From: an uncultured Chloroflexia bacterium
GTDB lineage: Bacteria > Chloroflexota > Limnocylindria > Limnocylindrales > CSP1-4
Assembly: GCA_963749705.1 (NCBI GenBank)
Contig: CAVVNQ010000008.1
Coordinates: 64,001-128,000, forward strand
Length of the DNA stretch: 64,000 nucleotides
Direction: 5' to 3'
The notes beneath the pieces are model-generated. The model saw only the letters and a program-made list of their open reading frames with translations, had not been told where the DNA came from and ran no database searches. Position numbers and translations under genes: made by a program. Positions 57,260-64,000 of this stretch are shown piece after piece. Every line of letters starts with the position of its first letter. Positions within the stretch are counted from its first letter, which is position 1.

Positions 57260-58266
57260 GCGAGCAGGACGACCTGCGCCTCGAGCAGGCGATCGGCGCG
57301 GCGATGCGGCGCCGCGACCCAGGCCCCGCGCCGACGGGCCTTCGGGAACGGGTGGCGAACGTCCCGGAGGCGGCGCGGGAGGATCCGTCCACCCTGCGCC
57401 GGATCTCGGAGGCGGCCGTCCCGATCCTGGGACTTGTCGCCGCGGTCGTGCTCCTGCTGCTCGCGGTACCGCTGCTGCTGGCGCCCCAGATCGCGCCCGG
57501 TCCGGCGGCCTCCATCTCGCCGTCGTCCACGTTCGATCCGACCCTGGTCGGACCCGGCATCGTGGCCAGCCCGATCTCGACCGGGAGCGTGGTCGCCGTG
57601 CTGATGGTCGCCGGCGGCGCGCTCGTCGGAACCGGCCTGCGGGTCGGTGGCCGGCGCGGCTTCGCGCTGATCGCAATCGTCATCGTGGCGGGCTTTGGCG
57701 TGGCGCAGACGCTCACCGCGAGCATCGGCCCGGGACCGCTAACCTCGAGCCGTGGCCTGGGCGTGACGTTCGCCTCGCCGCCCGCCGGCTCGACCGCCAA
57801 GGACGTTGCCTACATCACCGCCGCCCCGGGGCAGCCGTTCTGGGTGGTGGTCTCGCTCATGAACGATGGGCCGCTGCCGATCCGCCTCCTGGGGCTGCAC
57901 GACCCGCTGGCGCCGGACCGCAGTGATCCCCCGGGAACGACGGAGGTCATCGCTCCCCGGCTCAGCGCCGTCTGGCGCGATACCGCCGAACATGGCGGCT
58001 CCAAAGGCGAAGCGTCCGCGGTTCCCCTGACACCGATCGACCTCGAGCCAGGCGACATCGTCGTCCTGTACCTCGTCGGCCGGGCGGACGCCTGTGCGTA
58101 CGGTCCGACGTATAGCCCTGGCCTTGGGCGCAGCGTCGGATACCGGGGCCCACCGGAGTTCGACGTCGTGTTCACCGTCTTCGGAATGCCCCGATCGATG
58201 CCCCTCGACCTACCCTACGACCTGCTCGAGCCGACGCCCGATGCGCCGTGCCCGCCTCAACCCTGA
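57256..58266 (+). CDS. Putative membrane-anchored anti-sigma factor
   Basis: ATGA-coupled to the sigma gene; short cytoplasmic helix, about 3 TM segments, C-terminal extracellular domain. Confidence 0.6.
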   Translation: MSEQDDLRLEQAIGAAMRRRDPGPAPTGLRERVANVPEAAREDPSTLRRISEAAVPILGLVAAVVLLLLAVPLLLAPQIAPGPAASISPSSTFDPTLVGPGIVASPISTGSVVAVLMVAGGALVGTGLRVGGRRGFALIAIVIVAGFGVAQTLTASIGPGPLTSSRGLGVTFASPPAGSTAKDVAYITAAPGQPFWVVVSLMNDGPLPIRLLGLHDPLAPDRSDPPGTTEVIAPRLSAVWRDTAEHGGSKGEASAVPLTPIDLEPGDIVVLYLVGRADACAYGPTYSPGLGRSVGYRGPPEFDVVFTVFGMPRSMPLDLPYDLLEPTPDAPCPPQP

Positions 58267-58538
58267 CGGATCGTCCGGTCGTACTCGGGGAAGTAGCGGC
58301 CGATGACCGGCAGCTCGAACCGGGACAGGATCGACTCCTTGGCCTCGCGGGCGAGCAGGAACGCAAACGATCGGCGCACGAGGTCCTCGGGGTCGGTGGC
58401 GCCGGGGGCAAGCCGCGCGACATCGGCTGACGAGACCGCGACCTCGTGGGTCGTCGACGACGCGCCCTCGCGGACCGTCACCCGGCACGTCCAGCCGTCG
58501 CCGGCCGGCGAGCATGCGACGTCGATCGTGGCAGCCAT
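58257..58538 (-). CDS. Small hypothetical protein
   Basis: 93 aa, globular-looking (SFAFLLAREAKESIL...YFPEY); TGC-CATCCT 6 nt before the ATG. Confidence 0.7.
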   Translation of the reverse strand: MAATIDVACSPAGDGWTCRVTVREGASSTTHEVAVSSADVARLAPGATDPEDLVRRSFAFLLAREAKESILSRFELPVIGRYFPEYDRTIRQG

Positions 58539-58626
58539 GCCTCGAGGATGGCAGGAATCAGCGGACGGCGCCGATTGAGGGCGACGCCGTCCGCTGCTGG
58601 CCGTGGGGAGACGGCCGGGTTGACGG

Positions 58627-59265
58627 TCAGGCCGGGTGTGCCTCCGGCTCGACCATCGAGGACTCGCCGTCGGCGGGGAGACCGAGGCGAAGGACGAAAC
58701 GGGTGAACACGGCAGCGCCGGTGATCCCGACCAGCGCCAGCGACAGCCACAGGATGGGTCGGGCCAGGGCGAGGTTGCCGACCGAGATCAGCGAGTTGGG
58801 CAGGTCGCCCAGGTAGGCCTGGTCCGCGGCCTCCATGCCGTAGACCTGCGGGACGATGTACAGGACCGACGCGATCACGAGCAGCGCGCTGAGCAGCCGG
58901 AAGTCGGCGGGGTTGTCGTCCGGGTCACGGAGCAGCTTGACGACGGTCGCCCACAGCAGGACGACGGTGGCCAGCGGTGCCGTGATCGGCAGCCCGACCT
59001 CGAGGTACAGGTTGGGGAACAGGAACACCACCGACAGGCACAGCGTGATCACCAGCAGCGCGTCGCGGGTGAGCACGTAGCTGAGCCACCACACGTCACC
59101 GCCGAACCGGAGGGTGAGGCGCTGGAGGAACCGGAGCACGTACGGTCGTGCGAAGTGGAGCGACAGCGTGAACGCCCAGATGATGGGCAGCACCGCGGCC
59201 ACGGACAGCACCATCCATTCGGAGCCGCCGGAGGTAAAGGCCGCAGCGAGTTCGTCACCAGTCAT
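58627..59265 (-). CDS. Uncharacterised membrane protein (paralog B)
   Basis: About 5 TM segments; LHFARPY, TLRFGGDVWW..YV..RD; GGAGG RBS. Confidence 0.8.
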   Translation of the reverse strand: MTGDELAAAFTSGGSEWMVLSVAAVLPIIWAFTLSLHFARPYVLRFLQRLTLRFGGDVWWLSYVLTRDALLVITLCLSVVFLFPNLYLEVGLPITAPLATVVLLWATVVKLLRDPDDNPADFRLLSALLVIASVLYIVPQVYGMEAADQAYLGDLPNSLISVGNLALARPILWLSLALVGITGAAVFTRFVLRLGLPADGESSMVEPEAHPA

Positions 59266-59274
59266 CGGGTCCTC

Positions 59275-59886
59275 CTATGCGGCCGTCGGCCGGCGGGTCA
59301 TCGAGATCCGGAGGTTGTAGCCGACCGCCGTGAGGCCGAGGATCCCGATCAGGGCGGCCGAGATGTAGCACAGCGGCAGGGCAAGGTCCGGGTTCTGCGA
59401 CGTGACGAGGAGCGGCACGACCTGACCGGTCAGGTTGCCGCTGAGCAGGGTCATCTGGGTGCCGAAGAAGTACGGGATGATGTACAGCGCCGCGCCCAAC
59501 CCGATCAGCGACACCTCGAGCTGCGTCCAGCGCACATTTCCGTCGCTCTTCCCCACGAGCTTGATCATCAGGGCGGCAAACGCGCACACGGCCGCGAGCC
59601 CGCCCGTGATCGGCAGGTCCTGACCGGTGATGACGTCGGGGTACAGGAAGATGAAGCTGCCCAGGAACACCTGGAGCAGGATCAGGTCGCGCAGCGCAAC
59701 GTAGATGATCCACCACAGGTCCGCGCCCAGCCGGAGGGTGAACTTGCCGGTCGTGCGGACCATGTACGGCCGTGCGAGATGCAGGGCCACGGAGAGGATC
59801 CACAGGATCACGAGCGCCGCGGCGATCGTGCCCTCGACGAACCCTTCTCCGGCGTCGAAGAAGCCTGAGACCTGGTCTGCGGTCAC
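59275..59886 (-). CDS. Uncharacterised membrane protein (paralog A)
   Basis: GTG start overlapping the oxidoreductase stop, GGAGG RBS; LHLARPY, TLRLGADLWW..YV..RD. Confidence 0.8.
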   Translation of the reverse strand: MTADQVSGFFDAGEGFVEGTIAAALVILWILSVALHLARPYMVRTTGKFTLRLGADLWWIIYVALRDLILLQVFLGSFIFLYPDVITGQDLPITGGLAAVCAFAALMIKLVGKSDGNVRWTQLEVSLIGLGAALYIIPYFFGTQMTLLSGNLTGQVVPLLVTSQNPDLALPLCYISAALIGILGLTAVGYNLRISMTRRPTAA

Positions 59887-61892
59887 TGAACACCTCCATT
59901 CGAGGGCTGGGCGGCGGCCGCGGCCGCCGGTGTGGCCACCGCCGCGGTGGCCGGGATTGGCTGAGGCCGGCCGTCGGTCGGTCCGCGACCGGTGAGGACG
60001 CTGACCGAGGGGCATCCGTACACGGCGTCGCAGCGGAAGCAGCGGGCCGCCTCGGACCGGGCGTCGGCCTCGGCGAACCCGGCTGCCATGGCCCGGAACG
60101 TCGCCGTGTCCACTACGGGCAGCGGGGCGTGGGCGCGAGCGCGCGACGCCAGGTCGAGCGACAGCGCCGGCTCGCGCGGCGTGCGGTAGCGGACGGTCGC
60201 GAAGATCTCGGCCTCGCCGTCGGTCGCGCCGGCGAGGTACTCGTGGATCGAGGCCGCGGCCCGCCGTCCGGCAGCGACGGCCTCGATGATGGTCTTGGGT
60301 CCGGAGACGACGTCGCCACCGGCGAAGATCCCGGCACGGCCGGTCGCGAGGGTCCGCGGGTCGGCGACGATGCCGGCCCAGCCGCTGACCTCGATCCCGG
60401 CGCCCTCGGGGAGGATCGACGGGTCCGGCTCCTCGCCGATCGCGACCAGGATCGCGGACACGGGCAGCTCGCGGGTCTCGCCCGTGGCGACCCACGTCGT
60501 GCGTCCGGCACCGTCGGCATCGGCGGCCGGCTGCATGATGTCGCAGCGCATGGCGACCACCGCACCGTCGCGGCCGACGACCTCGCTGGGCGCCATGCCC
60601 TCGAGGATCGTGATCCCCTCGCGCTCGGCCTCGACGATCTCCTCCGCCTGGGCCGGCATGTCCCGGCGACCGCGTCGATAGACGACGGTGACGGTCGTTG
60701 CGCCGCTGCGCGTCGCGGAGCGGGCAGCGTCCATCGCGGTGCTGCCACCGCCGACGACGATCACGTCGCCCGCGAGGGTGGGATGCTCGCCGAGGTTGAC
60801 CTCCTTGAGGAAGCGGGTCGCCGGGATCACGCCACGGAGGCTGTCGCCCGGGACGCCGAGGCGGCGGCTCTTGGAGGCCCCGGTGGCGAGGAAGATCGCG
60901 CGGAACCCCTCGCGCTCGAGGTCCGGCAGGCTGAAGTCGCGGCCCATCGCCGTGTCCAGCCGCAGCTCGACGCCGAGGTTGACGATGCGGGCGATCTCCT
61001 CCTGGAGCACCTCCCGGGGCAGCCGGTACTCGGGGATCCCGATCGCCATCATGCCGCCCGGAATGGGCATCGCCTCGAGGACGGTGACCGGGTAGCCGAG
61101 ACGGGCGAGGTAGTAGGCCGCCGACATGCCGGCCGGGCCGCCGCCCACGATCGCGACCTTCTCGGGGCGCTTCAGCGAGGGCTTGGGGACCGTGGGCAGC
61201 CTGCCGTGCTCGGCCGCGAAGCGCTTGATGGTCCGGATCGCGATCGGCTCGTCGAGCACGCCCCGGCGGCAGGCCGCCTCGCACGGCGCGGTGCAGATCC
61301 AGCCGCACACCGACGGGAACGGGTTGACCTCGGCCGCAACGGCGTAGGCGTCGTCGTACCGGCCGGCGGCCACCAGGCCGACGTAGCGACCGGCGTCGGT
61401 CCCTGCGGGGCAGGCTTCCTGGCACGGCGCGATGGGGGTTGCCGGTGGCTCGTCCACCATCGTGGTCCAGGTCTGCCACGGCTTGGGCCGCGAGCGGGTC
61501 GTCCAGGTGAACAGGTCGCCCCATGGCGAGTCGTGCCGGGGCTTGAGGGCTTCGCGCGTGACCTCGGACAGGGGCTGCCAGGCGCCTTCGGCCGCGATCG
61601 GCGAGGGGCGCTCGATGGGGCCCTGGCGGGGCTGGAGCGGGACCTCGCCGGCGAGCGTGACCAGGGACATGACGTTTGGCGGGCACTCGCGGATGCAGAT
61701 GCCGCAGCCGATGCACTCCCCCACCTGGAGCGGGCGCTCCATGGTCCATGGGAGCGGGAAGCCGGGTCCGGGTCCGGTCTCGATCCCGGCCGCCTGCGGG
61801 CGGCTCATGTCCAGCGCCTCGACCGGGCACACATCCATGCACACGCCGCATGTGATGCACCCGCGCTGGTCGATGTCGATGCGATAGCCCAT
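59883..61892 (-). CDS. 2x[4Fe-4S] ferredoxin fused to a GltD/NfnB-like FAD/NAD(P)H oxidoreductase
   Basis: CITCGVCMDVCP, CIGCGICIRECP; PCQEACP, CGWIC..PCEAAC; GGGPAG, GIPEYRLP, GGGSTAMD, YRR, FAGGD, C-terminal RCFRC. Confidence 0.9.
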   Translation of the reverse strand: MGYRIDIDQRGCITCGVCMDVCPVEALDMSRPQAAGIETGPGPGFPLPWTMERPLQVGECIGCGICIRECPPNVMSLVTLAGEVPLQPRQGPIERPSPIAAEGAWQPLSEVTREALKPRHDSPWGDLFTWTTRSRPKPWQTWTTMVDEPPATPIAPCQEACPAGTDAGRYVGLVAAGRYDDAYAVAAEVNPFPSVCGWICTAPCEAACRRGVLDEPIAIRTIKRFAAEHGRLPTVPKPSLKRPEKVAIVGGGPAGMSAAYYLARLGYPVTVLEAMPIPGGMMAIGIPEYRLPREVLQEEIARIVNLGVELRLDTAMGRDFSLPDLEREGFRAIFLATGASKSRRLGVPGDSLRGVIPATRFLKEVNLGEHPTLAGDVIVVGGGSTAMDAARSATRSGATTVTVVYRRGRRDMPAQAEEIVEAEREGITILEGMAPSEVVGRDGAVVAMRCDIMQPAADADGAGRTTWVATGETRELPVSAILVAIGEEPDPSILPEGAGIEVSGWAGIVADPRTLATGRAGIFAGGDVVSGPKTIIEAVAAGRRAAASIHEYLAGATDGEAEIFATVRYRTPREPALSLDLASRARAHAPLPVVDTATFRAMAAGFAEADARSEAARCFRCDAVYGCPSVSVLTGRGPTDGRPQPIPATAAVATPAAAAAAQPSNGGVQ

Positions 61893-62108
61893 ACGGCGCC
61901 TCCTTGTGGCACCACGAGCATCGGCCGATCACGCCGCGCGGACCACGCCCGTCCGAGCGGGTGGGCGACCTACCTGACGGGGTGGGGTCGGGGTGCCGCT
62001 CGGCCCGGGTCCGGTGGCCCTCCCGGTCCGCGGCCGGGTTCGCATCGAACGGGCCGTCCTGCGGTCGACCTCCGGCCGGCGCCCGTGCACCCAGGCCGGG
62101 GGCCCGGG

Positions 62109-62759
62109 TCAGCCGTCGGTGACGAGACCCTCGCGAACGGCCCGCGCCACCATCTCGGTCCGGCTCTGGGCATGCAGCTTGTCCAGGATGTTGCGCAGGT
62201 GGAACTTGACCGTGTTCTCGGAGATGCCGAGCTCCGCGGCGATCTCCTTGTTGCGCAGCCCCGCGACGACCTGGCGGAGCACGTCCATCTCGCGGTCGGT
62301 GAGGTCGTCCGGCCCGTGCGGCTCGGGCTCGGCGACCGGGACCTCGGGGCGGGCGAGCTCGGTGAGGATGCGACCCGCGATCGACGGGGTGATCGCCGCC
62401 TCGCCACGTCCCACGGCCTCGAGCATGCCGCGAAGGTCGGCCGAGTCGAGGTTCTTGAGCAGGTACCCGCGCGCGCCGGCCTTGATGGCCGCGAACAGGT
62501 CGTCGATGTCCTCGCTGGCGGTGAGCATCACGATCGCGACCTGCGGGGCGGCGGCCGCGATCCGGCGGGTGGCCTCCATGCCGCCGCCGCCGGGCATCGA
62601 GACGTCCATCAGGACGAGATCGGGGTGGAGCGCGACGGCCATGTCGACCGCGGACGCGCCGTCGGACGCCTGGCCCACGACCTCGTGGCCCCACGCCCCG
62701 AGCAGCGACGCGACGCCGTCGCGGAACAGTGCGTGATCGTCGGCGAGCAGGATCCGCAT
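62109..62759 (-). CDS. NarL/LuxR-family response regulator
   Basis: [30 protein letters not shown]...TVKFH. Confidence 0.95.
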   Translation of the reverse strand: MRILLADDHALFRDGVASLLGAWGHEVVGQASDGASAVDMAVALHPDLVLMDVSMPGGGGMEATRRIAAAAPQVAIVMLTASEDIDDLFAAIKAGARGYLLKNLDSADLRGMLEAVGRGEAAITPSIAGRILTELARPEVPVAEPEPHGPDDLTDREMDVLRQVVAGLRNKEIAAELGISENTVKFHLRNILDKLHAQSRTEMVARAVREGLVTDG

Positions 62760-62762
62760 CCC

Positions 62763-64000
62763 CTACCTCGCGCCCTTTCCGGCCCGCGCCGCGGCCGGCG
62801 TTGCGGGCGGTGTCGGCGGCGACGGCGGCAGCGCCCCGCGCTCGTGGCCCGCCAGCGGGAGCGACAGGCTGACCACGACGCCGCCACGCCAGCCGTTGGC
62901 GATGTCGAGGGTCGCCCCGATCGCCTGCGCCCGCTCGTGCATCGAGCGCAGGCCGTAGCGCGGCACGTCGGAGGTGGGTGGATCGGCGCTCAGACCGCGG
63001 CCGTCGTCGTCGATCGAGATCGCGAGCCGGCCGTCGTCGACCGCCATCGTCAGCCGGACGCGCCGGGCCGCCGCGTGCTTGCGCACGTTCGTGAACGCCT
63101 CCTGGACGATCCGGTAGACCTGGGCTTCCGTCTCGCCATCGAGGCGGAGATCGCGCAGCGACGACGGGATGTCCGCGTCCAGCGCGAACCCGGAGTCGGC
63201 CGCCACGCGCCGGGCGTGGGCCTCGACCGCGGCACCCAGCCCGAGGCCCGGCTCGATCGGGCTCCGGAGGCCGAGGATCGCCTCGCGAACGTCGACGTAC
63301 ACGGCGCGTGCAGCCGAGCCGAGCTGCACGACCTGTGCGCGCGCCTCGTCGACGCGGCCACCCGCGAGGTATTCGTCGATCGCCTGGGACTTGGTGTTGA
63401 CGTAGCCCAGGACCTGCGCGATGCCGTCGTGCAGCTCGCGCGCGATCCGCTCGCGCTCCTCGACCACCGCCAGCTCGCGGAGGCGTGCCTCGAGCCGCGC
63501 GTGCTCCAGCGCGATCGTCGCCTGGTTGGCGAGCGACGCGAGCGTCTCGACCTCGTCGGCATCGAACCCGCGCGGGACCCGGGCACCGATCGCGAGCAGC
63601 CCGATGGTCTGGCCGCCGCGCTGGAGCGGCGCCGACAGCCGGACCACGGCCACGCCCGGCGTCACGAACGGGAGGATCGCGTCGGCGGGGTTCGGGTCCG
63701 GGCCGTCACCGGACGGGAGGCGGGCCGCGGTTGCGCCTGGGGTCGCCGTGGTCGCGCCGGGGGTCGCCGTCGCGCGCGGGCCCGCGTGGGCCGCGTCCGC
63801 GAGCGTTCCGTGGGCTCCGTCGGCGGCGCGGAGCTCGAGCCGTCCGTCGGCGCCCTCGAGCAGCAGCACCGCCACGTCTGCGGCGAGGAGCTCGCGGGCG
63901 TGCGCGACGACGGCCTGGAGCACGTCATCCACGTCGGTCAGCGCCGCGATCGCCACGCTCACGCGATGGAGGGCACGAGCGGACGCCCCCCGTGCCTCGA
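62763..64000 (-). CDS. GAF-domain sensor histidine kinase (HisKA_3), 5' end probably outside the window
   Basis: GAF (LANQATIALE), ERERIARELHD, QEAFTNVRKHA, DDGRG, YGLRSM. Confidence 0.9.
   Translation of the reverse strand, partial: EARGASARALHRVSVAIAALTDVDDVLQAVVAHARELLAADVAVLLLEGADGRLELRAADGAHGTLADAAHAGPRATATPGATTATPGATAARLPSGDGPDPNPADAILPFVTPGVAVVRLSAPLQRGGQTIGLLAIGARVPRGFDADEVETLASLANQATIALEHARLEARLRELAVVEERERIARELHDGIAQVLGYVNTKSQAIDEYLAGGRVDEARAQVVQLGSAARAVYVDVREAILGLRSPIEPGLGLGAAVEAHARRVAADSGFALDADIPSSLRDLRLDGETEAQVYRIVQEAFTNVRKHAAARRVRLTMAVDDGRLAISIDDDGRGLSADPPTSDVPRYGLRSMHERAQAIGATLDIANGWRGGVVVSLSLPLAGHERGALPPSPPTPPATPAAARAGKGAR

Noticed and set aside
63725-63780. ATPG-type repeat in the kinase GAF region
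   Set aside because: Short low-complexity in-frame duplication with no functional signal

Overview
Very high-GC bacterial chromosome segment. Gene content and style suggest Chloroflexota, possibly Limnocylindria-like (inference). It is mostly housekeeping: a T-box-controlled trp operon with a TrpC-TrpF-TrpB triple fusion, tRNA-Ser(UGA), serS, class I lysS, greA, argR, uppP, hppA, lepB, ndk, coaX-coaBC-panB-panC and gdh. It also holds an ABC/GH4/kinase/deacetylase sugar locus and an ECF sigma/anti-sigma pair. Two accessory modules stand out. (1) A cyanophycin locus (cphB-cphA) faces a 586-aa CphA paralog that keeps an N-like domain and an intact Mur-ligase domain but has lost the whole ATP-grasp domain; an M20 peptidase is transcribed divergently from it. 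(2) A ferredoxin-GltD/NfnB-like flavoprotein is coupled to two paralogous uncharacterised membrane proteins and lies downstream of a two-component system. Other observations: a promoter-proximal terminator in the greA leader, many apparently leaderless genes, tandem duplications at gene 3' ends, and single-base frameshifts in serS and hppA that are probably sequencing errors. No CRISPR array, transposase or integrase was seen.
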